Notes: generated from the letters alone by a model not told the origin. 64,000 nucleotides of DNA from a virus (IMGVR_UViG_3300021387_001464:47679-111678); one strand, 5' to 3'; shown: positions 46,999 to 57,983, counted from the stretch's first letter. A program made the numbers and translations.

Positions 46999-47664
46999 AT
47001 GATTACAAAACTCATACTATCAATTAACGTAGCGTTCAACGGACTCTTACAATCCATTGTCAATGCCACTTGGATCGAATGGCTTTTCCTGACTATAGGC
47101 GGTGCTATAGGGTGGGTGATAGGCAGATTTGAACCGGCGTTTCCTTTATTGGCGGTAGCTTTTATGTTTGTGCTCTATGACGCATGGAGTGCTTACGAAC
47201 TTGACAAGCGTGTGCATAAGGTCTATCCGGACAAAGTGAAGCGCGAACAGGCTAAGTTCGTCAGCTATAAGTTCCGCAGTGTCATACCTACGCTGATTGA
47301 GCGTATGGTAATTATCATTTTGGCTTACGCTTGCGAACGCTGGGTGTTTGTTCACGTTACTATCCCCGTTTCTTATATCGCTGCCGCTGTTGTTTGTGCC
47401 GAGCAAGCGTTAAGCATTGCCGAAAACAAAGCGTCATGCCGCCTACCAGGCGACCGGCATGCCCGAGTATGGAAGATGTTGGCAAAAGTCCTTATCGACA
47501 AGACGGAACGGCACTTTGACCTGGACTTAGGTGAAGAGGCGCACAAGATGAGTGAAAGTAATGAATACATCAATAATGGCGACATCGTAGCCACCGTTCC
47601 AAACGATTCTTCGTCAGAAAAAAAGTCTATTGAAACAGATTCCTACAATGAACACATTGATTAG
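46999..47664 (+). CDS. putative holin
   Basis: 3-4 TM segments; ALSIAEN...W..L.K.L.DKTERH motif of Bacteroidetes phage holins. Confidence 0.7.
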   Translation: MITKLILSINVAFNGLLQSIVNATWIEWLFLTIGGAIGWVIGRFEPAFPLLAVAFMFVLYDAWSAYELDKRVHKVYPDKVKREQAKFVSYKFRSVIPTLIERMVIIILAYACERWVFVHVTIPVSYIAAAVVCAEQALSIAENKASCRLPGDRHARVWKMLAKVLIDKTERHFDLDLGEEAHKMSESNEYINNGDIVATVPNDSSSEKKSIETDSYNEHID

Positions 47665-47772
47665 TAATAGTATTTGTTTAGTTTAGTAATGAAAAAAGGA
47701 AAGCAAGCGTGCTTTCAAGATTGTTTAATGGTTATTAGTTATACGGTTTTAGGTTTTTAGTTATTTTAAGGT

Positions 47773-47806
47773 AAGCGAGGTAGTCGTGATGACCACCTCG
47801 CTTTTT
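47773..47806. terminator. terminator between the convergent operons
   Basis: AAGCGAGGTAGTC-GTGAT-GACCACCTCGCTT followed by a T-run. Confidence 0.7.
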
Positions 47807-48359
47807 AGTCTTCTTTCTTAGGGATTAGTTGTTTTACATCTTCCCACGTTGCTACTTCCATCTGCCCCGTATTGGGGTCATACGAACCGACTGCCAGTGG
47901 TTCGACAGCAGCTTCCGTACTGTCAGGGATGATAAAGAACTCAAACGGTTCTACCTTGGGCGGCTCCATGTCGCTGAAGGCTATCTCCTGACGACGCGAC
48001 CATTTGATGCGGTCGATGTCATTGCGCTGCAGCTTTGGATTCTTGGATAACGCCTCACGGACGGCGGCGAGTTCTTCCTTCTGCAGATAATCTTCCCATA
48101 CCTGTTGCGACAGACGCAGATAGGTGTACTGATAGATGGCGTGAATGCTGTTGATCCAGTCATCGGCACCATTGACCATCAGGAGCGACGCAAAGGGCTG
48201 CGCGATAAACAGTCGGTGTGCCTTGTGGTCAAACGACAGCATACCACTTTGGAATACTTGCTCCAACCAACTCCATGTCTGCATCAACTTACGCTGTTGC
48301 TTCTGTGCTTTCTTCTGCTGGCGATGCTGTTTCCATCTGCTGAGTAGGTTCCATTTCAT
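47805..48359 (-). CDS. hypothetical protein
   Basis: likely start MKWNLLSRW at 48359. Confidence 0.6.
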   Translation of the reverse strand: MKWNLLSRWKQHRQQKKAQKQQRKLMQTWSWLEQVFQSGMLSFDHKAHRLFIAQPFASLLMVNGADDWINSIHAIYQYTYLRLSQQVWEDYLQKEELAAVREALSKNPKLQRNDIDRIKWSRRQEIAFSDMEPPKVEPFEFFIIPDSTEAAVEPLAVGSYDPNTGQMEVATWEDVKQLIPKKED

Positions 48360-48969
48360 TTTTCTTTTCTTTTTTACGGTTTGACTTATTCTTAGGTTCG
48401 GCGATGTCTGAGGGCTGATGACTGACGTCTGATGTTGCAGCCGTTGCTGCTTCCAGTTCCACACGGCGGGCACGGAAGAGGGCTTCAAAGGCGGCGGTGG
48501 CGGCATGGATAGCGGGGCTGTTGTTGCCGCCGAGCTGGCCGCCATAGAGGTGCAGGGCTGGCGACACGATGTCGGGCATCGTGCCTTGGATGACGACGGT
48601 GTGCGACGAGCCGCGCCACATCATCAGTTCGGGTATGGGCTGGTCGTCGGGCAGCATGGCGAGTTGTACCTCGCAGTCGGGGAATGCCGGATGCAGGGCG
48701 ATGTCGGACTCATGCACCATGAGGCGCAGAGTGGCGATGTAGCCCAGCGAGGTATAGCGACTGATGAGACGCATGGACTCCTGCGGCATCTCGCTGGCGG
48801 CGATGGTCAGCGTGCGGGGGCGGTCGCCGGAGAGGAGCATCGTGTCCTTGATGAAGAGTTTGGCGGTGACATCGCCGTTGGTTTGAAACAGGGCCGCTTG
48901 TCCGTGGGCCTCTCTGAGTAGCTGTCCGAGCTGTCGTTCGGCGCAGCAGGGTTCGATGATGTTTGTCAT
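48289..48969 (-). CDS. hypothetical protein
   Basis: likely start MTNIIEPCC, downstream of a promoter. Confidence 0.6.
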   Translation of the reverse strand: MTNIIEPCCAERQLGQLLREAHGQAALFQTNGDVTAKLFIKDTMLLSGDRPRTLTIAASEMPQESMRLISRYTSLGYIATLRLMVHESDIALHPAFPDCEVQLAMLPDDQPIPELMMWRGSSHTVVIQGTMPDIVSPALHLYGGQLGGNNSPAIHAATAAFEALFRARRVELEAATAATSDVSHQPSDIAEPKNKSNRKKEKKNEMEPTQQMETASPAEESTEATA

Positions 48970-49026
48970 ATTCGTTTGGTTGTTTGGGGGTTGCGATGGA
49001 ATCGCAACATGCTTAACTTTCGAGTA

Positions 49027-49061
49027 CAAAGATAGGGAGAAACGGGCGGTGCGGACGGACA
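49027..49061 (-). promoter_or_regulatory. phage-type promoter TGTCCG-N21-TATCTTTG
   Basis: reverse complement; exact 21-nt spacer. Confidence 0.75.
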
Positions 49062-49062
49062 C

Positions 49063-49094
49063 AAAAAGCCTCTCGGCTCGCGTCGGGAGGCTTT
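49063..49094 (-). terminator. intrinsic terminator of the capsid operon
   Basis: AAAAAGCCTCTCG...CGGGAGGCTTT. Confidence 0.65.
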
Positions 49095-49157
49095 CAACAA
49101 ACTAATCTACTAAAACAAATCTATTATCGTGTATGTGAAACGAATTTGTGTTTTAGC

Positions 49158-49706
49158 TTACGCATCCTGGATAACCAGTTCGTCCAGCGTCTTGTCCTCG
49201 GGGAGGTCGAGGAACAAGTTGCCGTACTTGACGGGACCCAAAATCAGGTTGGCCGTAGTGACACGGTCGCTGTCAGGCGTATCGCCCGTGGTGGTGGTGA
49301 TGCCGCCCTGGTCAGCGTGAATCTTCTTGTTGGGGTCGTACATAATCTGGATGTCGTCTCCATCGGGCATGATGACGAACAAGTCACCCAGGTTGTTCAG
49401 CGCACGGGTCAGGAGCGAAGTCTTGCGGTTCACTGCGTCGAACACGAGCGTAGCGGTCAGGTTGTAACCCTTGCGCTTGCCGTTGCTGGAGCCTTCAATC
49501 TTCTGCGACTCCTCCTTCAGGTCAAGCTTGACGAGACCCTTACCGTCATTAAAGGCGAGACCGCTATACACGTTTCCGGTAGCTGTCAGGGGGGCTTTGA
49601 GGTCGCTGCGCAGACCGAGGTATGCTACTTCACCAAGACCGGCGAGGTTCTCCAGACACTCGTCGGCTGCGGAGTAGTTAATCAATGATGGACATGTCTG
49701 TGGCAT
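49158..49706 (-). CDS. putative major tail (tube) protein
   Basis: 182 aa, beta-rich; C.EN.AGL N-terminal motif; follows the capsid gene. Confidence 0.55.
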   Translation of the reverse strand: MPQTCPSLINYSAADECLENLAGLGEVAYLGLRSDLKAPLTATGNVYSGLAFNDGKGLVKLDLKEESQKIEGSSNGKRKGYNLTATLVFDAVNRKTSLLTRALNNLGDLFVIMPDGDDIQIMYDPNKKIHADQGGITTTTGDTPDSDRVTTANLILGPVKYGNLFLDLPEDKTLDELVIQDA

Positions 49707-49810
49707 AATCGTATGAATTTAAATGTTTTTGTGTTGAATAAGAAATTAAAGGGGAGGGAGCCTTTCGTGGGCGATATAGCACTGGGGCTCCCTAAACCCC
49801 TTCCGTGAGT

Positions 49811-51073
49811 TTACTCGTCAGCCTCGAAGATGGCAACAGCGCTCTCGGGCTGACCCTTCGTTACGACGTTAGCCGTAGCGGTGGTGGCGTTGCTTGCGCC
49901 CATCCAGCGAACGAACTTGTAGCCAGTCTTCGGAGTGGCGGTGATGGTCAGGGTAGTACCCTTAGCGTACTCGCCGTTCACAGGAGCGGGAGAAACGCTT
50001 ACGTCACCCATAGTGGCGTTGTTGACAACAACGGTGAAGCTATCCTTCTGGTAGTCACCGCTCCAATACTTGTCCTCGATGGTGCCGCCGTTCGTGCAGA
50101 AGAACGGAGCCTCGATGCGGAGGATGCGGGTGCCGAAGATACCCTGAATCTGGAAGGTGATGGTCTTGTGGTCGCCGCCAGGAGTGGGATCGCCGTGCAT
50201 CACGCTAACAAATGACTGGTCAGCCTCGCTGTTCACACCCATCTCCATGTTGCCAGGAACAGTGGCGATGACACGTGTGCCGTCACCAAAATCGTCAGAG
50301 GGACAGAAAGTCACCTTCGGGTACTCGCGCACCTTGAAGTTGCCGTTGGCATCGGGCAGGAACTGCACGGCCTGGTGGCTGCGGTGCTTCTGCTCGTAGG
50401 CGTCAGCGATGTGATTGCCATAAGCAGTGCTCATGTAAACAATCGTCTCGCGGCGCTTCAGGGCTGGATGCCACTGGTTGTACCACTTCACGAAGCTGTC
50501 CCAAGCGGCGCTGTCGCCCTCGCTCTGAGGGGCGTCGAGAGCGTCCATCTCAACGAGGTTGCCCTTCTTCTTGGAAACGAGACCGGCCTGGATGTCCTTC
50601 GTCAGGTCAGCGTGCCAACCGTTGAAGAGGGTCATTTCTGGCTTCTCAGACTCCTCGTCACCGTGCCACAGGCAGGGGAAGATGTTGTCGTTGAAGGCGA
50701 TACCAATCTGGTTGATGAACTCCTCGGCCTTGGGGAAGTGGAAAGCGGCGCTGCCGTTGATGGTCAGCTGCTGGGGCTTCTCCTGGAAGTCGTCCTCGTT
50801 GGCGGTGTAGTGGTCCCACACGATGTGAGCCTCCAAAACGCGCTCAGAGAGATAACCGAGGTTAGAGTTCTGTGGCTGACCTACCACCTTACGGCGAGCC
50901 GTGCCACCCTTACGGTTGAAGATGGTAGCCGTGTCCTTGAACTCGATACCAGTGATGACCTTGATGGCCATGCGCTTCAACTCGTCTTCGCTGTAGTAAG
51001 CGGGACCCATGATAATGTTGCTCTGCAACTTATCCTTGACGTGGGTCAGATTGTCAATACCAATGAATGCCAT
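49811..51073 (-). CDS. major capsid protein with C-terminal Ig-like/B-repeat domain
   Basis: 420 aa, follows the protease; WHGD...LFNGW; tail GTTLTITATPKTGYKFVRW. Confidence 0.7.
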   Translation of the reverse strand: MAFIGIDNLTHVKDKLQSNIIMGPAYYSEDELKRMAIKVITGIEFKDTATIFNRKGGTARRKVVGQPQNSNLGYLSERVLEAHIVWDHYTANEDDFQEKPQQLTINGSAAFHFPKAEEFINQIGIAFNDNIFPCLWHGDEESEKPEMTLFNGWHADLTKDIQAGLVSKKKGNLVEMDALDAPQSEGDSAAWDSFVKWYNQWHPALKRRETIVYMSTAYGNHIADAYEQKHRSHQAVQFLPDANGNFKVREYPKVTFCPSDDFGDGTRVIATVPGNMEMGVNSEADQSFVSVMHGDPTPGGDHKTITFQIQGIFGTRILRIEAPFFCTNGGTIEDKYWSGDYQKDSFTVVVNNATMGDVSVSPAPVNGEYAKGTTLTITATPKTGYKFVRWMGASNATTATANVVTKGQPESAVAIFEADE

Positions 51074-51173
51074 AGTCTTGATAATTTTTGTGTTGGTGAA
51101 TAAATGTGTGAATTAAAAGTTTAGTTCTTGTGTTGGTTGAGGGTGAGTCATTGCGGGAGAACTGCAAGGCATA

Positions 51174-52859
51174 CTACTTGTGCTCGGTCTCCCACTCCTT
51201 CTTACGCTTCATGTTCTCCTCGTAGGAGAGACTATCGTCATAGGCATACTGAGTGCCGATGACAACTTGCGGGACGTTCATGCCATCGCCGTTGCTGGCA
51301 GGACTTGCTGCACCAGGAGCACCTGCATCCTGCTTCATCTCGTCGATGGTAGCATTCAGGTCGCTGATCTGCTGGTCGCGCTCAGCGATGGTGTTCTGTG
51401 CGGTAGTCAGACTCTCCTTTGTACCGTTCAGTTCGGTCTGCATAGCCTCGATGCTCTCGGCCTTTGCGTTGACCTCGCTTTGCAGGTCAGCCTTCTCCTG
51501 CTCCAGAGCGGAAATCTGGTTATCCTTCTCTTCGATAGCAGTAGTGTGAGCGGCGTTCAAGTCCTCGATGGCCTTAGCGTGCTCAGCCTCCTTAGTTTCT
51601 GTCTGGGCAGTCAGTTCCTCGACCTTAGCGGTCAAATCGTTCTTCTCGGCGGTCAGACTCTCAACCAATGCCAGTGCATCGGCTTTCTCCTTCTGCATCG
51701 CCTCGATGTTTGCGTTCAGAGTGGCGAGCAAATCCTTGTTGAAGAAAGTGCCCTCCTCTGAAACTTGCATCTCCTCGACTCCGAGAAGAGCAAACACTGC
51801 TGGGAATTGTTCTTTCATGTTGATACTATTTAAAGTGGTTGATGATGTGTTGGCTTGCGCGGAAGCAACGGCAGAGCCGCTGCCTACGGTGGAAGCACTG
51901 GCTGCTGCTGGGCGCTTGGCAATCTTGCGGCTGGCTGTGCGTTCAATGGGTTGTTCGGTACCGTTGGCGAGGTTGAAGACGCGGCTGATTACCTGGCCGA
52001 GCATCATCTCACCGTCGCACAGGATGCCCATCACGTCCTTAGCGTCGAATACCTTACCGTCTAGGTGCTCGTCCTTGGCATTTGGGAAAGCGGCCTTCAT
52101 GTCGGCACGGAACTCAGCCTCCAGATTGTCAAGCTCTTCAATGAGCAGCTTGGCATCGTCGTTCTCAGCGATGTCGCGCATTTCCTTATTCTTATTGACA
52201 CTCTTAGTGGCGTAGTATTCGTGGTAGGTCTCGCCCCACTGATACTTTTCTCCGTTCTTCATGGTGCAGAAAGCAGCCATCACGCCTACGCAGCCCAACT
52301 GGTCTTTCGGGTTCATTACATACACCTCGTCGCAGAGCGAAGCGAGATACATACCTGCCGAAGCGCAAAGTCCGTCGATGAAGGCAATGACACGCTGACC
52401 ACGGGCGTGAGCATAGTCAATGCCCTGCTGGAAGTCGTTCTTAGCCCAAGCGCTTCCGCCAGGGGTGTTGACCGTCAGTACGTGTCCTTGGCAAGCAGGA
52501 TTGTTAGCAGCCTCCATCATCCAGTCGCGGATTTCCATCGACCCGTAGCTGCAAGCGCCGCCATTGCGGGTGATAGGTCCGTCAATAGGCATAACATTGA
52601 CGAAAGGTTCATTCAACTCTGACAGGCTGTCGCCGCGCCAGCCATAGCGACCGTGCGTCTTTCCGTCCTGTGTCACCTGATACTCGCGAATAAAGTCCTG
52701 TCCCTGCTGACCGATGGCCATTGGCGACTTCTTCTCGCGCTCGATGCCGAGAGAAGCATGGTTTGTGATGTTGTACTGCAGCGTAGGCAGGATGCTGTGC
52801 AGGAACTCCTGCTGGATCATCCACTCCTTGTTGCTGAGTATTTCAAATAGTCCGTTCAT
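51174..52859 (-). CDS. S49 (SppA/ClpP-like) prohead protease fused to a coiled-coil scaffold
   Basis: NTPGGS, DGLCASAGMYLASLCD, GCVGV; long acidic coiled coil. Confidence 0.85.
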   Translation of the reverse strand: MNGLFEILSNKEWMIQQEFLHSILPTLQYNITNHASLGIEREKKSPMAIGQQGQDFIREYQVTQDGKTHGRYGWRGDSLSELNEPFVNVMPIDGPITRNGGACSYGSMEIRDWMMEAANNPACQGHVLTVNTPGGSAWAKNDFQQGIDYAHARGQRVIAFIDGLCASAGMYLASLCDEVYVMNPKDQLGCVGVMAAFCTMKNGEKYQWGETYHEYYATKSVNKNKEMRDIAENDDAKLLIEELDNLEAEFRADMKAAFPNAKDEHLDGKVFDAKDVMGILCDGEMMLGQVISRVFNLANGTEQPIERTASRKIAKRPAAASASTVGSGSAVASAQANTSSTTLNSINMKEQFPAVFALLGVEEMQVSEEGTFFNKDLLATLNANIEAMQKEKADALALVESLTAEKNDLTAKVEELTAQTETKEAEHAKAIEDLNAAHTTAIEEKDNQISALEQEKADLQSEVNAKAESIEAMQTELNGTKESLTTAQNTIAERDQQISDLNATIDEMKQDAGAPGAASPASNGDGMNVPQVVIGTQYAYDDSLSYEENMKRKKEWETEHK

Positions 52860-52889
52860 GTGTCGTGTGAATTTTGAATTTAACTGCTG

Positions 52890-52924
52890 CAAAGTTCACA
52901 CTGCGTGCGTGGCGGCTGCGGATA
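52890..52924 (-). promoter_or_regulatory. variant phage-type promoter TATCCG-N21-GAACTTTG
   Basis: one mismatch in each box, same spacing; heads the protease-capsid operon. Confidence 0.55.
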
Positions 52925-53173
52925 TAAAAAGGCGGTTTTTAATGGATTTAGGGCAAAAATTATCGGTTTACCGATACTTATATATAAAAAAAGGAGGCAA
53001 ACTATCCTCTCGGACGGTTTGCCTCTAAAATAAATACTACGAAAAACATGCTATTGTCTGTCACAGATGTTGCATATCAAAACAAACTTTAACTTTTAAA
53101 CTTAGAGTCAAAAAATACCCGACGCTTCGGGCCGTTTACATAACAAAATATGAATTACTATGAAAAAATCATT

Positions 53174-53677
53174 CTATACTAATCGGATGACGTGGCTCAT
53201 GCTTTGCAGCGTCAGCTTGACGGTGGCTTTCTGGTTCACGTCCTGCTCGTCGAGCAGCAGCAGACTGGTGCCCGGCAGCGAATAGAGCAGATAGCGCGTG
53301 CCGTCCTGTGTGGTCAGAACTACGTGGAAATGCCGTGTCTGCAAGCCTTCTACGGCAATGCGGGTGGCCTCGAAGCCAGCGGTGACAGGCACTTGCAGAT
53401 CGTGACCGACCATGATACCAGCAGGCACCTGCTTGTCGGTCTGCTTCAGTGACGGGGCACTGTCTATCTCGCCATCGTCGCCGTCCTGCACATTGTAGGC
53501 CAGGCTCAGCCCAGGCGCACCGATACGACTGATGGTCTGGCCGTCCACGGTCTTCGTACTTGCCATTTCCGTGCATCGCACCTGAAACGGCACCTCCAAA
53601 TCACACAGCGACGCCAGCACCACATCTACACGCACTACGTCGTCTAACAGTTGTTCGCTACAATTCTGAATCATCAT
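53174..53677 (-). CDS. hypothetical protein
   Basis: 167-aa ORF. Confidence 0.6.
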   Translation of the reverse strand: MMIQNCSEQLLDDVVRVDVVLASLCDLEVPFQVRCTEMASTKTVDGQTISRIGAPGLSLAYNVQDGDDGEIDSAPSLKQTDKQVPAGIMVGHDLQVPVTAGFEATRIAVEGLQTRHFHVVLTTQDGTRYLLYSLPGTSLLLLDEQDVNQKATVKLTLQSMSHVIRLV

Positions 53678-53771
53678 TTTTATCGTTTAATTGCTAAAAT
53701 TATATTTCTTGCTATGTTTATTTTCTCTTAACACTTAATAAGAGTTAAATGCTTATATTATTTAATATCTC

Positions 53772-54539
53772 TTAACTTACGCCTTTTGTTTCATTAACAC
53801 GATGAAATTCTGCCAAAATCTCTTCAATAGTGATAGATTTGTTGGCTTCTTCCTTCTCGTAAACGAACAGCACCTCCTCGTCTTTCACGTCCTTGCCAAG
53901 CAGTTGAGCGTCTTCCATCCAGCGGGTAGCCATGCGGCGCATGGTGTCGCGGTCTTTGGTGTTGGTGCCCAGACACATGTTGTTGCGGTAGAAGAATCTG
54001 TCGATACACGACATCACGTCGCGGCGCAGTCCGCGCTTGTCGTTCAGTGCTATCTCTTCACACACCTCGTGGAGCATCACTCGGATAAACTCATTACGCA
54101 TCACTCGTGCCAGTTCGCTGGCACCGCCTGCAGTCAGCGTGAACGATGTTGTGACCTGTCGGTACACACCGTCTATCATCACCGCCTTGGGTGCCTGGAT
54201 GCACAGGTAGTCGTAGCCGTCGGTCTTTTTGTTCTTTGTGGAGTTGGTCAGGAAGTTCACTTCCTCCATCGACGGCCATTCCGTTGCGTCACGCTTCAGC
54301 AGCGCCTTGCCGCCTTGCGGTCGGCGACCGTTCAGTATGTTTTTCCACATGCGCTCCGAGAAGCACAGCGTGTGGTCCATCTGACTTTCCGACACCAGCA
54401 GCAGGTCGTTCATCATAATGGCGGTCTCGTCCTGATAGGCTGAGAACACCACTGGCTGAAACTCCGTCAGCGGCTGCTTGTATCGTCCTCTGTACCATTG
54501 TGCCACGGCGGTAGGCACCTTTATATATATATTAGCCAT
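53772..54539 (-). CDS. hypothetical protein
   Basis: 255-aa ORF starting MANIYIKVP. Confidence 0.65.
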   Translation of the reverse strand: MANIYIKVPTAVAQWYRGRYKQPLTEFQPVVFSAYQDETAIMMNDLLLVSESQMDHTLCFSERMWKNILNGRRPQGGKALLKRDATEWPSMEEVNFLTNSTKNKKTDGYDYLCIQAPKAVMIDGVYRQVTTSFTLTAGGASELARVMRNEFIRVMLHEVCEEIALNDKRGLRRDVMSCIDRFFYRNNMCLGTNTKDRDTMRRMATRWMEDAQLLGKDVKDEEVLFVYEKEEANKSITIEEILAEFHRVNETKGVS

Positions 54540-54549
54540 AGGGTTGTCG

Positions 54550-55422
54550 TCAGTTCATTGCTTCCAATTCACGTTTTGCCGCTTCGGTCTGTCTGAGTGT
54601 GGTCAACTTCATGCGGTAGGCACTCTCGGCCACCTCTTCCAGCCCCTCGGCCTTGCAGGGATATTCCATGCCGATGTAGTATTTTCCTGCCCACTCAAAG
54701 AACGTGGGCGTCACGTTGTTCACCACCTTGGGTTTGCCGTTTTCCGGCTGATCGCCAGAGAGGTCGGCCTGCATCAGCGTGTATAGCGTCTCCATGCGCA
54801 CCACTGGCAGCAGCATGCGTTCTCGCTCTATGCGGATGCTCTGCGAGATATAGTGTGGGGTTTTACGGCGTGGATGCTTCGGGTCGGCAGGTATCTCGTC
54901 GTCACGATACAATTCTATGTACCGGCAGAACGCCTCGTGTTCCATCTTCAGGTTCAGTTCCTGTTTCACCTTCTCCAACGCTGCTTCGTCCTTCGTGTCG
55001 TCGGGCATGGCTATTCCCGCCCGTTTCGCCCACTCGGCCAATGGCAGCATCTGACGCACCGCAGTCCACGGCGACAGGCGCTTATTATAGATGCGAGTAG
55101 CAGTATCAGAAGGACGGAAACCCTTACGTGGCAATACCAGTACACCGTTGCGCTGCTTGACGTCAGGCTCAAAGAGTTCTTCGCCCTCGTCCGTGCGGCC
55201 CACGCTGCGCCACATCTTTTCATTGACTTTTCCTGGCTCAAAGGCCACACACGCCACACCGCCGGCAAAGGCCGCAGGCGACGAATAGTAGGCTGCTGCG
55301 CCCACCTTCTTGGCGAACACCTCCGCAGCACGTTCTGCTTTGTTGCACTCATTCCAAAAACTTCTGAATTTCTTGCCCAGTTCGGTACTGGTATTAAATC
55401 GGTAATAGAATCTTTTAGTCAT
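54550..55422 (-). CDS. hypothetical protein
   Basis: likely start MTKRFYYRF; TACCTTTG box upstream near 55490. Confidence 0.65.
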   Translation of the reverse strand: MTKRFYYRFNTSTELGKKFRSFWNECNKAERAAEVFAKKVGAAAYYSSPAAFAGGVACVAFEPGKVNEKMWRSVGRTDEGEELFEPDVKQRNGVLVLPRKGFRPSDTATRIYNKRLSPWTAVRQMLPLAEWAKRAGIAMPDDTKDEAALEKVKQELNLKMEHEAFCRYIELYRDDEIPADPKHPRRKTPHYISQSIRIERERMLLPVVRMETLYTLMQADLSGDQPENGKPKVVNNVTPTFFEWAGKYYIGMEYPCKAEGLEEVAESAYRMKLTTLRQTEAAKRELEAMN

Positions 55423-55574
55423 CGCTTCTTTTATATAAATAAGGTGTAAGTTGAATCGCTTTGGTTCGTAAGACTTTAAGTTTACGATGCAAAGGTACAA
55501 ATAATCGTTCGGAAACGTTCATAAAAACGGTTGAAAATTATAAGAAATTAACAGAAACGTTCGGAAAATACCCA

Positions 55575-57569
55575 TCACCCTCCCGGCATCACAACGAAGC
55601 CCATGCCGTTGCGGAAGTGCTTCACGCCCATATACAGCTCGTCGAAGGCGTCGGTGCCGTCGGTACGGAGCTCTTCGGGTGTCGCGTCCTGAGAATCGAC
55701 GGACAGCTTCTCACCGCCCTTGTCCTTCTTGAACGTGGTGCCGTTGTGACCGTAGGAGAGCTTCACGTCGCACTGCTCGATGGCGGCGGTCAGCGGCTCG
55801 TTGTTCTGCGCGTTGATGGCGATGGCGGGATAGCCGAAGCCGGCGAATGCCTCGTTGATGTCTTTGTACTTCTGCATGTGCGAGGGCGCTTGGCCGATAT
55901 CTACGGCGTTCACGTTCCACCCGTACTTGCGCAGTTCCTTGATGACGGTATCTTTGATGTCATCCATCGAGATGCCGTGCAACTTGAACTTGGCGGTGTG
56001 CGAGTAGTAGTAGTTGATGTTCTTGTTCTTCTTCTTGAACGGGGTGTAGTAGCGGTCGAAGTCGCGTATCAGGTCCTGTATCATGCCGCCGTTCTTGACG
56101 AACATGGAGTTGACGACGTTGAGCGTATCTACGCCGCCACGTTTGTAGAGCTGACCAACCACTATCCAGTTAATCAGGTTGTTGTAGTCCAGTGCCACCT
56201 CCAGCGGCAGGTTGGTGTCCAAGTCGCCGTCCAGCGTGCAGTCCTTCACGTTCGACAGGTAGTCGAAGTCGGGGCTCTCATACTCTGTCGGGTAGAGCGT
56301 GCCGCCCACCATCTGCTTGCCCTGCTTGATGGCGTAGCTCTTGTCGATTGCGGGGCAGTCATCGTCGATGTAGGTGTGGCGGTCGGGGTCGAAGTTGCAG
56401 TAGAAGCCCTCGCCGCTCTTCTTCGGACGGATATTCAGGATGCTTACCGCAAAAACTAACGGCGGCAACGCCAAGTGCATTTGCCGTATGTACGATTCTC
56501 CCAGTATATCGACATTATCAAGGCTGCTGGCACGCACGAAGTAGAACGACGCACAGCGCAGTTCATTGATGTGCTTCTGATACTTCTTCGAGCCACGGAT
56601 GGCCATCATCTCGAAGTGCTCGTCCTCGGTAATCAGGTACTTGTAGTCGAACAGCAGTTCCGCATCGTCCTCCGTGATGAGCTTATACGCCAGCAGCATC
56701 TCGATGGTGTGCTTGTTATCCACCTGATACTGACGGGGGATAATCCTGAAACCGCCCTCGCGTGCTTCCACGGCGGCGGCAATGCCTCGGATGCGCTCAC
56801 GGGTGTCGGCGCTGACCACCTGCACCCTGTGACCGCCTTTCTTTGCCGAGCGCAACAGTTCGTTAAAGAACATCACGCGGTCAGCGTATGCGTCCAGTTC
56901 GGCTTGAATCTGACGGTAAGTCTTGCCTTTGAACTCACCATAGTCTATCACCTTGTCTAAGGTATCTTCTTCCTTGCCAAGCCAGTTGCCTTTGTTCGTC
57001 AGCGAGGCATCGCTCACAAAGCACGTACTCTTATAGTAGGGGTTCTCCTCGGAAAAAGATTTCAATCCCATCGGATGCACGATACCCGAGTTGGCAGGCA
57101 TCACCTCTTCGTCGATTTTCTTCTTCGGAAGGAACTTGCACTCGTCGGCATCCACATAGCATAGCGTCATGCCGTTGGCCGATCCGAACACCGAAAGACT
57201 GAGCGCATGGAGCAAGTGGCCATTAGCAAACCACATGGCGTTCTCATACGACTTCGGACGGATGATGCACGGCGGCGTACCCTTGGGCGGCTTGCCCCAA
57301 CCGAAGTGCGTGCCCTCCTTGAAGCCGTAGAACCTTTCGAGTGCAGCAATCACACCGGGGATGGTCCTGGAGTAAAGCTGCTTTCTACTGGCACCAAGAA
57401 ACGCTCCTGCACCCTGCGGCAGCGTCTGAGCCACCGCCCAGAGGCGCGGACCCAACACGCCGTCCGTCTTACCAAACCGTCGGGCAGCCAAAACTCGTAA
57501 GTCACGGGCACCAGCGTAGAAAATGCGCTGCTGCACTCGGTTCATGTAAACATCTCTTGCGTCTGACAT
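55575..57569 (-). CDS. terL: terminase large subunit
   Basis: Walker A AARRFGKT, Walker B YVDADECKF, nuclease VALDYN...TDGTDAFD. Confidence 0.88.
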   Translation of the reverse strand: MSDARDVYMNRVQQRIFYAGARDLRVLAARRFGKTDGVLGPRLWAVAQTLPQGAGAFLGASRKQLYSRTIPGVIAALERFYGFKEGTHFGWGKPPKGTPPCIIRPKSYENAMWFANGHLLHALSLSVFGSANGMTLCYVDADECKFLPKKKIDEEVMPANSGIVHPMGLKSFSEENPYYKSTCFVSDASLTNKGNWLGKEEDTLDKVIDYGEFKGKTYRQIQAELDAYADRVMFFNELLRSAKKGGHRVQVVSADTRERIRGIAAAVEAREGGFRIIPRQYQVDNKHTIEMLLAYKLITEDDAELLFDYKYLITEDEHFEMMAIRGSKKYQKHINELRCASFYFVRASSLDNVDILGESYIRQMHLALPPLVFAVSILNIRPKKSGEGFYCNFDPDRHTYIDDDCPAIDKSYAIKQGKQMVGGTLYPTEYESPDFDYLSNVKDCTLDGDLDTNLPLEVALDYNNLINWIVVGQLYKRGGVDTLNVVNSMFVKNGGMIQDLIRDFDRYYTPFKKKNKNINYYYSHTAKFKLHGISMDDIKDTVIKELRKYGWNVNAVDIGQAPSHMQKYKDINEAFAGFGYPAIAINAQNNEPLTAAIEQCDVKLSYGHNGTTFKKDKGGEKLSVDSQDATPEELRTDGTDAFDELYMGVKHFRNGMGFVVMPGG

Positions 57570-57632
57570 TTTGCTATCTATTATATGTACGTCTTCTTAC
57601 ATCTTACATCAGCCATCTTACATCAGCCCTCG

Positions 57633-57983
57633 TCACCCCCTCCTCCTCACAAACATGGCCAGTTGTCCGGTGGCGTCGCTCACCTCCAGCAAGAAGCCCG
57701 CCATCTTCAGGTCGTCGATATACAGGCGCAGGGGGTCGCCCAGTCCGCACACCGTCGCCTTGAAGAAGTCGCGCAACTGCGACTCGTCCAGCGCCTCGTA
57801 GCCCTCGTCGTACTCGCAGCACGGCACATAGTGGCGCACAAAGGCCGACACCTTCTCCTTAATCACATAGTCCTCCAGGTGAACCTGAAACTGGTCGCCG
57901 TTGCCCTCAGCCACCATCGTGTCGTCCGGCTCGTCCTCCCAGTCGTCCCAGTCCTGGTTCTTCTTCTTACGTTTCTTTGCCAT
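57633..57983 (-). CDS. hypothetical protein
   Basis: 116 aa. Confidence 0.6.
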   Translation of the reverse strand: MAKKRKKKNQDWDDWEDEPDDTMVAEGNGDQFQVHLEDYVIKEKVSAFVRHYVPCCEYDEGYEALDESQLRDFFKATVCGLGDPLRLYIDDLKMAGFLLEVSDATGQLAMFVRRRG